64,000 nt of DNA from an uncultured Planctomycetaceae bacterium (GCA_963976765.1 CAXBME010000019.1:62001-126000); one strand, 5' to 3'; shown: positions 50,201 to 58,963, counted from the first letter of the stretch. Made by a program: numbers and translations. Notes: generated by a model from the sequence alone, not told the origin.

Positions 50201-53200
50201 CAGGCCGCTGATCGAGCATCCTCGGACATCGCCAGGACAGTACTTTTCCGCCGACCGCCGTCAATCAGCGTCCCGGCATCCTACGTGAATGGCAACATGC
50301 AACGACCGCGTTTCTCTTACTCAGCCTGGGATCGTAAGCTGTTTCGTTTTGTGAGTCCGAGCGGAATTACACAATTTGCCGAGCCGTATTTCCTGGATTA
50401 CTGGGGGGGCCAGTCACAAAACACGTACACGTTCTGGAGCGACGACGTCAACGGAAACGATGTTTTCGATGGAGCCACTCGCCCACTCGGGACAGGTGCC
50501 TGGTATTATGATCCGATGGTCAGCCGCTCGGGCATTGTGCTCAATGGCGAAGTTGTTGACTCAGGGTTTCGAGAAAGGTTGCTTTCGTCGTTCACATTGC
50601 CGTTTGGTGATCTTTCCGGCGACCAGAATATTGACTTGAAGTTTCTCGGTGACACGCGACTTCAATTCAGTGGAATGGTGGCTTCCCGGCGGTATTACGG
50701 AGGAGTGAACAGAGGCGTCAATTGGTCATTCAGCGAGTCGCCGAGTTTTGACGTAGATTTGTCGGGCATTATAGACGTCGACTTTTCCCTGCAAGGGATT
50801 TCTCCGGAATGGGTGATTGATGAACAGCGAATGGCACATCTGCGGGGAGACCGGCCCACGATCCAACAGATCCCCCAGGCTCTTTACGGAGTTGGAGAAG
50901 CGGTCAATCTCACGGATGCCCTCCGCAGTCCGTTCGCGACTCTTCCTGGCCTGTCTGTAGCCACCGTAAGTCCTGTAGCCACCGTAAGTCGTACAAGTCT
51001 TGCCAGCGGGCAGAATTCGATCGTTCCTTACTACAGAACGCTCATCGAACATTACGGCAATAACTTTGATCGCTATGGCAAGGTGCCGGTTCTCGATGGC
51101 TATGCAACCAGTAACAACTGGGTCCGATACGATTTTTCCAGCAGGAGCCTGCCGGAAGATTCATCGGACGACTTCATCCAGTTCCTTGCTACCCAACCTG
51201 ATTTTGGAACGGTTGGTCGTTCTGTAGAAGGTTTTGTTTTTCCGGACGTTGTGTCTGTGGATGGCCTTGGCTTTGTCACGCAACGCGAGTACGACGCCCG
51301 GTTGCTTGCCATTCGACTGACAAATCGTGGAACTCAAGCATTGAGTCCGTCAGGAAGTCAGTTGATTCACCTGCCGATTCAACGACCCGGCGTTCTGCGG
51401 AATATCGTGAGCTACGCTCCAGGCATGCAGACGTCGACTGCCGATGTGCTGGCCGTTCTGGACGCAGAGTCAGAACCAACGAGCACGCTCGTGCAGGGAG
51501 AAGTGGATGATGTCTCGCGGCATCTTATCGAGAAATCTCGAGCGACCGGTTGGGAAAGCGTCGTCCGACTGGACGACAAAGATTCTCCTGAGGTCACACT
51601 GAACTGTAACGGCGCCGGTGAGTTGAGACTGGAGCGGAGAACGGATGACGGACTTCTTGAACAAGTAATCTCAGACGGGAAAACGCTCCAGCACCTTTAT
51701 CCGGAACTCGGAATCGGTGCTCAACGTACAGTCACCCGGTTTCACCGTCGTGTTCTGCTGAGCACGACTCCCTGGCTGTTGCCACCTGTCGAGGAGCTGA
51801 CGATCGGTTGCGATATTCGACACGTCAATGAGAACACGATCCGGATTACTCGAATCAAAACGCCGGAAGCGGACAAGTCGACCATGGATGACGCGCGACC
51901 TGCCGACAGATTTGAACTGGCCATTGAGCTGGTCTTTAACGACGACGGGCAGTTGGCCGAGCGTCGATGGATCAAGCTCGTGTCGAAGTCCGGGCGAGTC
52001 GAACAGGTACTAAGCCGGCATGTCTACGAAGCCAGCGGCTCCATTCGAGTTTTCAACAAGGACGAAGAGCTGGTCAGCAACGTGAAACTGCAACGAAAGC
52101 CGATCACCCGTCCGGCTGACACTGCATCAACTGACGGCCTTGTCATTCTGCCACTGCCTTATCGCTCTGCCGATTCGTACTCATTGAATCTGCCGGCTCA
52201 GCCTGCTGGCAACGGCAGCGTTGACTACTCGCAGCTTTCGGAAGCGGACGCGATGAAGCTTGTTGCGACGCATGTAGCCACCAGTGATTTCGATGCAATG
52301 TGGAACGTCATCAACCAGCGATTCGTCGCCAAAGATGATTGCCGAATGGGCTTCGCCGTTCTGCTTTCAGGAGCGGCCAGCGGCAACTCACAGCCGATTC
52401 ATGAAGTTGCTTCACACAATCAGGGCTCAAGTGCTCTAGGAAGTTTCCTCGTCCAGCACTTCGACTGGATGAAGGATCAGGATAGGGGCAAGGAGTTCGT
52501 ACTCCCCGATTCGGCCAGCCCATTCCTCAGACACCAGGCCGACATCCACAACCTGTACGCTCTATGGTCGAGTGGCCGGGCCACCCAGGACCGCACGGAG
52601 TCGCAGGTAAACAAAGAGCTGAATCGATCTTTTGAACTCATTCGAAAATGCCCGTCGAAAGATGTTGCGTGGACGCTGCTCAATGTTGCGCATCAATCAA
52701 TCGACGAAACGCTTTCGAAGAAGAAACTGCATCTCCGCCTTGCAAAAGAAGCAGCCTCATTCGAGTCAGTGCCAGGCCTCTTCGGGTCGGCACGACATGC
52801 CAGAGTTCTGTGGTTGATTTCAGGCGGCAGGACGGACGAGGCTCAGTCGCTCTACGGTAGTTTTCGAGTTGACACGGCGGAGGCTGGGATCACTCTTCCC
52901 GTATCGAACGAAATCCGTTCCGCGTTCAGATCAGCATCCGGCAGCTCGGAAGTCTGGAGTAAACTGATTCTCGATTCCGCAAAGCCGTTGATTGAACAGA
53001 AGCGTGGGCCGGAGCTGTTTCATCTGGCTCTGAATTGTGCCGTGATTGCTGAACACGACACCGCTCGGCAGTTGCTGAATCTTGGAATCAAGGAAGCGGA
53101 TCTCAGCAACCGTCCCGATTTGCTGCTGGCAGGTCTGCAGTGTTTGATGACGATCGAAGATTGGGACCGGGCCGAAGACTTCGTTCGGCGACTGATCAAC

Positions 53201-53851
53201 AACAGAAATGCCAGAGAGAACGCAGCGCTTTGGCGAACAGCCTCACAAATCGCGACGGCACTTGGAAACGATGATGAATCGCTGCAGAGACTGGAACAGG
53301 CAATGCGTCTGGAATTCGCGTCGCTGCCCGACACAGTTAATGTTGAATCGCTCCGGGCTGACTACAACAGGCTATTTGATCGTTTTACTACGTTCGTCGA
53401 CAAATCGCTCGCGGAAGGCAATGCCCTTCCGAAAGACTTCATTGAACGAGTCACTCAGGCAACGGATGCGTGGCGATCGGTTGATCCCGATCCGACAGTT
53501 GCCTGCCAGCGTGCGGCGAAGTTGTTGCAGCTTGTCGGTCTGTACGATGACGCCTGGGCTTACTGGACGACGCCGCTGGCCAACACAACCAGCAGCTCGG
53601 GTGCCTGGACAAAGCTGGCGATGGCTCTTGCCGAAACAAACCAGATTCATCGGGCGAGCCAGGCGTGGAGCGAAGCCTTTGCCGCTGAACCAACCAACCC
53701 GGAGCTGCTCTGGAATCATGCCAGCCTGCTGCGTAACCACAACCAGCCTGAGCAAGCAAAGAAACTGCTGACCCAGATCATGAACGGAAAGTGGCAGCCA
53801 AGATTCGCGAACTACAAACCGCGGGCAAAGTCTCTGTTACAGCAACTGTAG
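47270..53851 (+). CDS. Giant membrane-anchored FecR + VIT + vWA + LolA-like + TPR protein (putative anti-sigma sensor)
   Basis: TM at about aa 112-134. FecR: LPDGSVLYLN...GQLFVEV...VTALGTKFAV...VTQGKVRV. VIT: IEDGFARTTIDQTYFN...EGTFKFPLP...DPALLEW. vWA-like: WVFLYESSGD...VGVG...GG, then SPFTSLLVLE. C-terminal TPR helices. Confidence 0.85.
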   Translation: MNENNEQDEQFRHRIKAAMHQLGRHSNGFDGNASIEAELSEIDAAPMDEAEVGRIMRQVHRTIHRSTVEAANSREGMDDMQNRTSLRNRTSVGIDLPLRCFSRQPMTGSTAIVAVVATSLCLLTAVGLFQVAGKAIYENRPFTPGTALTYAIDPLSRSTHRFKYVAQPRPQAVPPERLVVGQTIRTAARERRRALLPDGSVLYLNEQSTVALTANRTVALHRGQLFVEVTPANVSAQGPFVVETPDRQVTALGTKFAVSTGGKDTEVLVTQGKVRVSGAADIVTGGQVAAASDKDTDVVIDAAPRASQALSWTRELIAAAETPIVPRSDHDGGSLVVVDPSGQEMKLSLRKFHVDAHIEDGFARTTIDQTYFNHTHSRQEGTFKFPLPPDASLSRLAMYVNGKLMEGGMVERDHGRNVFEQIMHTKRDPALLEWVDGSTFKMRVFPLEPRQEKRIVLSYTQRLPNDYDRTEYRFPAGHSFDKVRDWSTRLTVANGAGKTRWFSPTHLLKATDDGDDLVLEGDLQNAILDKDLVVELTAAGTRSNGLSRQIKETIDFSKAQHEGFSYQMLRFRPDLSGDMKRPRRNWVFLYESSGDRNPLLARVQLDVIHTMLDHAEHDDTFSIVTAATKARTFRIKPVRCSKKNIEKAVTWLEDAHLVGALNLEDAFSKAKPFCRSDDDTLLVHVGSANPVLGERDEKKLLKSLPPDIEYVGVGVGKRWSRAFMKSAAGRTGGHFAQINPDEKVSWRAFELLSTLNAPRLVDLKVDSGRQGVQFLTFAETIAHGQEVAAIARLPLQAKPLDAVTVTGTLNGQPFSRKLPVENVAAQADYLPRTWTRLEIDRLVASGAEAHKNAIITLSKAMYVMSPFTSLLVLEDEAMYEQFNVDRGRKDHWALYPAPATIQVVHESGPTQPKNVQPVDVLTRELKSQSARVDVAKANYDLGVRDGRTPEELEKLKTILIGEEREKEILQNRLKLVEQAADRASSDIARTVLFRRPPSISVPASYVNGNMQRPRFSYSAWDRKLFRFVSPSGITQFAEPYFLDYWGGQSQNTYTFWSDDVNGNDVFDGATRPLGTGAWYYDPMVSRSGIVLNGEVVDSGFRERLLSSFTLPFGDLSGDQNIDLKFLGDTRLQFSGMVASRRYYGGVNRGVNWSFSESPSFDVDLSGIIDVDFSLQGISPEWVIDEQRMAHLRGDRPTIQQIPQALYGVGEAVNLTDALRSPFATLPGLSVATVSPVATVSRTSLASGQNSIVPYYRTLIEHYGNNFDRYGKVPVLDGYATSNNWVRYDFSSRSLPEDSSDDFIQFLATQPDFGTVGRSVEGFVFPDVVSVDGLGFVTQREYDARLLAIRLTNRGTQALSPSGSQLIHLPIQRPGVLRNIVSYAPGMQTSTADVLAVLDAESEPTSTLVQGEVDDVSRHLIEKSRATGWESVVRLDDKDSPEVTLNCNGAGELRLERRTDDGLLEQVISDGKTLQHLYPELGIGAQRTVTRFHRRVLLSTTPWLLPPVEELTIGCDIRHVNENTIRITRIKTPEADKSTMDDARPADRFELAIELVFNDDGQLAERRWIKLVSKSGRVEQVLSRHVYEASGSIRVFNKDEELVSNVKLQRKPITRPADTASTDGLVILPLPYRSADSYSLNLPAQPAGNGSVDYSQLSEADAMKLVATHVATSDFDAMWNVINQRFVAKDDCRMGFAVLLSGAASGNSQPIHEVASHNQGSSALGSFLVQHFDWMKDQDRGKEFVLPDSASPFLRHQADIHNLYALWSSGRATQDRTESQVNKELNRSFELIRKCPSKDVAWTLLNVAHQSIDETLSKKKLHLRLAKEAASFESVPGLFGSARHARVLWLISGGRTDEAQSLYGSFRVDTAEAGITLPVSNEIRSAFRSASGSSEVWSKLILDSAKPLIEQKRGPELFHLALNCAVIAEHDTARQLLNLGIKEADLSNRPDLLLAGLQCLMTIEDWDRAEDFVRRLINNRNARENAALWRTASQIATALGNDDESLQRLEQAMRLEFASLPDTVNVESLRADYNRLFDRFTTFVDKSLAEGNALPKDFIERVTQATDAWRSVDPDPTVACQRAAKLLQLVGLYDDAWAYWTTPLANTTSSSGAWTKLAMALAETNQIHRASQAWSEAFAAEPTNPELLWNHASLLRNHNQPEQAKKLLTQIMNGKWQPRFANYKPRAKSLLQQL
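50955..50990 (+). repeat. Perfect in-frame 18-bp tandem duplication
   Basis: CTGTAGCCACCGTAAGTC twice, encoding VATVSP-VATVSR. Confidence 0.9.
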
Positions 53852-53880
53852 GTCAGGCTCCGCCTGATGAAGTCATCAGG
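53848..53880 (+). repeat. GTAG-type REP palindrome overlapping a stop codon, plus an overlapping hairpin
   Basis: GTAG-GTCAGGC-TCC-GCCTGAT (53848-53868) and overlapping CCTGATGA-AG-TCATCAGG (53863-53880), between convergent genes. Confidence 0.7.
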
Positions 53881-53945
53881 AAATCAGCTTGTCAAAAACT
53901 CGCCGAGCTCGTTTCAGCCTGTGACAGACGCCGAATCTTCGTTGA

Positions 53946-55157
53946 CTACGGTTTCGCTTTCTTCAGATCGAGATCGAAGAATTCGGGCAGGTCACCAATG
54001 AGAGGATTGGCGTAGTCCAGAAATGCCTTCGTGACGAACAGCCCGTCCTTCGAAATAAACTTTGCCGGCATGGGACGCTCGGCGTTGGCGACTTCCCCCA
54101 AGGGGATTGTTCCAAAGTCACTGGCGTATGGTTCGCCATGTTTCGAGGTTCGGTTGATTGTGACCATCACTCCGCTTGCGCCATTTTCGGCAAGACGAAC
54201 AGCTTCTTTACCACAGCCAAAGGCTTCGTCGATGTCCAGTTTCACGGCTCGGTCGGCGGCACACATCTGCAGCGACTCGGTCACCTGAAACTCACCTCGC
54301 CATCCAAACTCGTCGCTGATCATTCGATGCAGCATCATGGCGGCGCTGGTTCCGCCCATCGCTCCAAATTCGACATTGCCAAATCGATCCTGCGTTCCCG
54401 ATGCGCTGACGGGACTCCCATCCGCATCGGTGATCCCTTCGCCGCAGACGATCGATACAAAACCGAATTTCTTCTGAGCTTTCTCGACTGCCGCCAGAAA
54501 TTTTGCTCGGTCAAATGCGACTTCCGGCATCAGGATGATGTGAGGTGGATCGGCAGCGTTTTTCTTTGCACAGGCCGCCGCAGCGGGTAACCAGCCCGCG
54601 CTGCGTCCGACCGTCTGGAACACGACAAACTGATCGACTCGCTGCATGTCGCGAGCCAGTCGCCCTCCCTGCTGGATACTTAACGCCACATAGCGAGCGG
54701 CACTTGCGTAACCGGGGGTGTGGTCAGTTCCGAACAGGTCATTATCCACGGTTTTCGAAACGCCGACTCCTGCCATTTCGTATCCGGCATTGTTGGCGTA
54801 TTCGACGACTCGGTGAATTGTGTCCATCGTGTCGTTACCGCCGATCATGAAGAAGTATCGAATATCGAACTTCTTCAACTGTTTCAGGATCGGCTCAAAG
54901 TGCTCTTCCTGGAGCTTGAGCCTGCTTGAGCCAAGAGCACTGCTCGGCGTGGCCTGAAGCTTTCGAGTCGATGCTCGATCGTAGCTACCCAGGTCAAGCA
55001 GGTGGTTTGCAAGGACGCCTTCAATTCCAAAACGCATCCCAAACAGTCGATCGATTTGTTTGGACCGTCGAGATCCTTCGATGACTCCGGCCAGCGTCGA
55101 ATTAATGACGGAAGTGGGCCCACCGGATTGCCCGACAATGGCGTTACCCTTCAACAT
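53946..55157 (-). CDS. pfp: Pyrophosphate-dependent phosphofructokinase
   Basis: GQSGGPTSVIN, LGSSR, IGGNDTMDT, KTVDND, DHTPGY, MPEV. Confidence 0.88.
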   Translation of the reverse strand: MLKGNAIVGQSGGPTSVINSTLAGVIEGSRRSKQIDRLFGMRFGIEGVLANHLLDLGSYDRASTRKLQATPSSALGSSRLKLQEEHFEPILKQLKKFDIRYFFMIGGNDTMDTIHRVVEYANNAGYEMAGVGVSKTVDNDLFGTDHTPGYASAARYVALSIQQGGRLARDMQRVDQFVVFQTVGRSAGWLPAAAACAKKNAADPPHIILMPEVAFDRAKFLAAVEKAQKKFGFVSIVCGEGITDADGSPVSASGTQDRFGNVEFGAMGGTSAAMMLHRMISDEFGWRGEFQVTESLQMCAADRAVKLDIDEAFGCGKEAVRLAENGASGVMVTINRTSKHGEPYASDFGTIPLGEVANAERPMPAKFISKDGLFVTKAFLDYANPLIGDLPEFFDLDLKKAKP

Positions 55158-55292
55158 GCTGCACCTTTAATCGACTTAAAATTCCGGAGCGATCTTTCGC
55201 CCGGCGGATACGAAACAGGCTCCGCGATCAAACGACCTCGGAGCCATCAATTGTCTTCGCCAAAAATCAGAAATGAGACAACGCGTAGACGG

Positions 55293-55598
55293 TTAGGATT
55301 CTGATCCTTCACCCGAGTCAGCGTTGGATGGATTGTCAGATAATCCGGCATCCTGGAGAGCGTCTGCCTCGCTGCGGCTCATTTTGAACAGGCTGAAAGT
55401 GACCCCGGAAACGATCGTTGCCGGAACGGTCAGCATGAACAGAATGCTGTACATGTAGGCTCGCGGCTTCGCGTCGTCCTCTTCGTTCGCGGCCTTACAC
55501 ATCGGACACGCCACAACAGCAGTTGTCGCCGGTGAGCTAACTGTCAGGACCATTGCCAGAAAGGGGATCAACAGGAATCGAGATGTCAGATATTTCAT
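55293..55598 (-). CDS. Small membrane protein with CPMC motif
   Basis: Signal-like helix, ACPMCK, second TM helix; starts 4 nt after the DUF420 gene stop. Confidence 0.7.
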   Translation of the reverse strand: MKYLTSRFLLIPFLAMVLTVSSPATTAVVACPMCKAANEEDDAKPRAYMYSILFMLTVPATIVSGVTFSLFKMSRSEADALQDAGLSDNPSNADSGEGSES

Positions 55599-55602
55599 AG
55601 TC

Positions 55603-56073
55603 TTACTCCAGCGGCAGATGATACAGCATCAGATAAATCACGACACCTGTAATCGACACGTAAAGCCAGATGGGGAACGTTACTTTTGCAATCTTTCGGT
55701 GCCTGTCCCAGTCTGCCTTCAAGCCGCGATAGATCGTGATGATTGCAAGAATTGGGACCACAGCCGCCAGGATCACGTGGCTGATCAGAATTGTGAAGTA
55801 GACGACTCGGACCGTTCCTACACCGGTAAACGGTTTGCCTCGTTCGCCCGTGTAATGATGCAGGCCTGCGTGGTACGCCAGGTAACAAACCAGAAAAACG
55901 ACTGAAACTCCGAATGCTGTCAGCATGATATTTCGATGGGCATCGCGTTTGCCCTGCTTGATCAGCAGGAAACCGAGCACCAGCAGAATCGTCGCCAAAC
56001 CGTTCAGCGACGCATTGATCGTCGGCAAAGCCTCCAGCCAGTCAGGAAGTTCCGCCGCAAGAATCTGCGTCAC
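55603..56073 (-). CDS. DUF420 (CtaM/YozB-like) oxidase assembly membrane protein
   Basis: LPTINASLN, HRNIM, FLVCYLAYH, ILISHVILA, HRKIA...PIWLYVSITGVVIY. Confidence 0.9.
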   Translation of the reverse strand: MTQILAAELPDWLEALPTINASLNGLATILLVLGFLLIKQGKRDAHRNIMLTAFGVSVVFLVCYLAYHAGLHHYTGERGKPFTGVGTVRVVYFTILISHVILAAVVPILAIITIYRGLKADWDRHRKIAKVTFPIWLYVSITGVVIYLMLYHLPLE

Positions 56074-56151
56074 TCGTTTAATCTCCCAGTGTTCAGTCGC
56101 CAGGCATGCCGCGACGTTTGTCTGCCTGAAGTCCCTTTAGTTTCAGTTTGA

Positions 56152-56886
56152 TCAGTTCTTGAGTAACGCGTCGAGATCACGACGCAACGTTGCGATCTCA
56201 TCTTCCTTCAACGAATTGTACTTTCCGACGACTTTACCAGTCTGATCCACCAGGCAGATATTGGTCGTGTGGATGATCTCCCAGCCTGGAGTTGGATCCG
56301 GAGACGGAGCAACGGGCATCAGGAAGTCCTTTTGAATCATGTTGTAGATCGTGTCTTTGTCACCGGTCAGGAAAAACCAGCGGTCCAGATCAGCTTCCCA
56401 GAAACTGGCAAACTTTGTCAGAACTTCAGGGGTGTCGTAGTCTGGATCGACTGTAAACGTCACCAGGTTGACGTTGGGCTCCGGGTATCGCTTTTGTAAT
56501 TCCTTGAACGCTGCCGCGACCCTCGGGCAAGGTCCAGCACACCGGGTGAAAATAAATGAGGCAATCCAGGGTTTGCCGAGCAGGTCGTTCTTTGACAATG
56601 TCTCCTCTCGGCTGTCGGTGAGTGAGAAGTCTCTAACTCCGGCTTCCGGCCAGGTAATCTTGATTTCGACAGGCTTGTGCATTTTCGTGCCTTCATCGTC
56701 ATCGGGTACGTCGCTCGATCCGTTGCCGTTGATCACGACCAGCTCAGAATTATCTCCGCCAGTCGTGGTTCCATTGGAGCTTCGCTGTTTCCACATGAAA
56801 AACAGTGAGACGAAGACCGCTCCCCATAGGGCGATGCCTACGATGACCAGGCTGCCCTTCGAATTGTTTGTCTGTTCGCTCATCAC
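56152..56886 (-). CDS. SCO1/SenC copper chaperone
   Basis: N-terminal TM, FIFTRCAGPCP (CxxxC), TVDPDYDTPEVL, WFFLTG, conserved His (IIHT). Confidence 0.93.
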   Translation of the reverse strand: MMSEQTNNSKGSLVIVGIALWGAVFVSLFFMWKQRSSNGTTTGGDNSELVVINGNGSSDVPDDDEGTKMHKPVEIKITWPEAGVRDFSLTDSREETLSKNDLLGKPWIASFIFTRCAGPCPRVAAAFKELQKRYPEPNVNLVTFTVDPDYDTPEVLTKFASFWEADLDRWFFLTGDKDTIYNMIQKDFLMPVAPSPDPTPGWEIIHTTNICLVDQTGKVVGKYNSLKEDEIATLRRDLDALLKN

Positions 56887-56958
56887 TTTGCTCTCGTATC
56901 AATCGAAACGTAACGCCAATAACGATAAGGCACTCAGGAGAAGTACGCATATCGAGAA

Positions 56959-57882
56959 TCAGGTCGTACGCCCATTAATCGGGCTGCTGGTGCGACGTTG
57001 GGAGTGAACCTTCTTCACCGCAACTCGATCACGACGTGCCTGCCAGACGGCTCCCTGGAAACACAAGCCTGCAAAAACGACCGACATTAAAAAACACATC
57101 CACAGAGAAGGTTGTCCTGACGCTGCTGTGGCACCGACTCCATCAGCGGAAACGTCGTACAACAATTGTCTGATGCCAGCCACTCCGTAGGACAACGGAT
57201 TCAGTTTCATGATCCAGGACAATGCTCCCGTCTGAGCGGTTGGAAAGAACGCTCCCGACAGCAGCCACATTGGCATCAGGAAAACATTCATGATTGCATG
57301 AAATCCCTGGATCGAGTCCAGCTTCCAGGCCAGCATGAATCCCAAAGAAGTCAGACCGAATGCAACCACAGCCATAAACAACGTCATGGTCGCAATTTTC
57401 ACCGCACTTAGTTCGAAGATCAGGTCGTCCGCCAGACCAGTTCGTCCCATCAGCCAGCCAAGGCCAACAAACATCAGTGCCTGAACGACCGCCATGAATA
57501 CACCGCCAACAACCTTACCCAGCACCAGGCTCGATCGGGAGACTGGCGAGACGAGTACGCCCTGCAAAAATCCTTCATGTCGATCTTCGATGATCGACAT
57601 TGCGGAAAAGATCGCCGTAAACATCAGAATCAGAGCCGTGATGCCTGGCAGAAAGTAGGCGCGGTAACTCATGGTCCCGGCGACCCATTCCGGAGTCTGG
57701 AAGGAGTCGTGCAGGCCGGCGCCAAACAACACCCAGAACATGATGGGAGTTGCCAGCGCGCCGATCAGTCGGGAACGCTGCCGCAAAAAACGAGTGATCT
57801 CGCGGCGGCTCAACGTCCATATCGCAAGCCATGCCGGTGGGCTGGTAAGAGATTCTGAGGTTGAAATGGCAGATTGACTCAC
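56959..57882 (-). CDS. ABC-2 type exporter permease
   Basis: REITRFLR, DRHEGFLQGVLVSPVSR..LVLGK, LSGAFFP, NPLSYGV. Confidence 0.92.
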   Translation of the reverse strand: MSQSAISTSESLTSPPAWLAIWTLSRREITRFLRQRSRLIGALATPIMFWVLFGAGLHDSFQTPEWVAGTMSYRAYFLPGITALILMFTAIFSAMSIIEDRHEGFLQGVLVSPVSRSSLVLGKVVGGVFMAVVQALMFVGLGWLMGRTGLADDLIFELSAVKIATMTLFMAVVAFGLTSLGFMLAWKLDSIQGFHAIMNVFLMPMWLLSGAFFPTAQTGALSWIMKLNPLSYGVAGIRQLLYDVSADGVGATAASGQPSLWMCFLMSVVFAGLCFQGAVWQARRDRVAVKKVHSQRRTSSPINGRTT

Positions 57883-57936
57883 AGCAGTTCCGTAAGCTTC
57901 ATGAAAGACATTTGGAAGCAGCTCGAAAACTCGAGA

Positions 57937-58875
57937 TCATTCTCGAACAGCCTCGGCGAATCGCGACCCGGTCTCCATCAGAAATACATCCTCAAGCGTC
58001 GGTTTCCCTAACGAAATCGACCGAATCTCATTTGGAAATCGATCCATGATTTTTCCAAACAACTCCTGGCCGTTCGTTTGGTGAATTCGGAGCGTCTCTC
58101 CGACCCGCTTGGCTATAACATTCAGCTCCGTCTCCAAACGACTTTTTAACTCATCCGGTTGATCGGCGACGATCGTCAGACACTCACTCGGAATCCGACT
58201 TCGCAGTTCCGACGGACTGCCCTGAGCGACAATTTTGCCCAGGTGCAGCAGAGCCAACTCGTCGCAGCGTTCGGCCTCTTCCATCAAGTGGGTTGTCACA
58301 ACAACGGTTACGCCTTGCTCGGCACGTAGCTGTTCGAGGCTCGCCCAAAGCTCATGACGTGCTCCGGGATCCAGGCCCGTTGATGGCTCGTCCAGCAGCA
58401 ACAACGATGGACGATGAATCAGACATTTGGCAAGCTCGACACGTCGTTTCAATCCACCAGATAATGTGTCGACAATGTCGGTTTGCCGGTCTGCTACTCC
58501 AAACTGAGCCAGCACTTCCTCAGAAGTTTGACGCAGTTGTTTGCCTTTAAGTCCGAACAGATGCCCCTGGTGAAGCAGATTCTCAAGAACAGTAAGCCGA
58601 CGATCGAGTCCAGGGCTTTGAAACGTCACGCCAATCTGCTCGCGATACGCTGCGGAATCTTTTCGAAGATCATTTCCAAGGGCAGAAACAACGCCGGACT
58701 GCGGTGGGAAAATCGTGCTCAGAATACTGAAGAGCGTTGTTTTCCCCCCGCCATTTGGTCCCAGGAAGCCAAAGATCGCTCCTGACTTCACTGAGAAGCT
58801 GACTGAGTCCAACGCGACGCGATCACCGTACTGAAACGATAAATCTTCGACGCAAATTGCATTTGACTCTTCCAC
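57937..58875 (-). CDS. ABC exporter ATP-binding protein (DrrA/NodI-like)
   Basis: GPNGGGKTT, LSGG, LLLDEPSTGLD, TTHLMEEAE, PTLEDVF. Confidence 0.95.
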   Translation of the reverse strand: MEESNAICVEDLSFQYGDRVALDSVSFSVKSGAIFGFLGPNGGGKTTLFSILSTIFPPQSGVVSALGNDLRKDSAAYREQIGVTFQSPGLDRRLTVLENLLHQGHLFGLKGKQLRQTSEEVLAQFGVADRQTDIVDTLSGGLKRRVELAKCLIHRPSLLLLDEPSTGLDPGARHELWASLEQLRAEQGVTVVVTTHLMEEAERCDELALLHLGKIVAQGSPSELRSRIPSECLTIVADQPDELKSRLETELNVIAKRVGETLRIHQTNGQELFGKIMDRFPNEIRSISLGKPTLEDVFLMETGSRFAEAVRE

Positions 58876-58929
58876 AGTTGCTCCAGCGTCAGCATCCGAC
58901 CGTTCAATAGAGACGAAGCTTCGATAGCA

Positions 58930-58963
58930 GAAAAGCCCGGCCTCATCATCAATGAAGCCGGGC
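58930..58963 (-). terminator. Probable intrinsic terminator after the oxidase subunit IV gene
   Basis: Minus strand GCCCGGCTTCAT-TGATG-ATGAGGCCGGGC followed by TTTTCT. Confidence 0.6.

Noticed and set aside
47270..53851. Giant gene as a diversity-generating retroelement target or polymorphic toxin
   Set aside because: No reverse transcriptase, no TR/VR repeat pair, and no toxin or immunity gene seen in the window.
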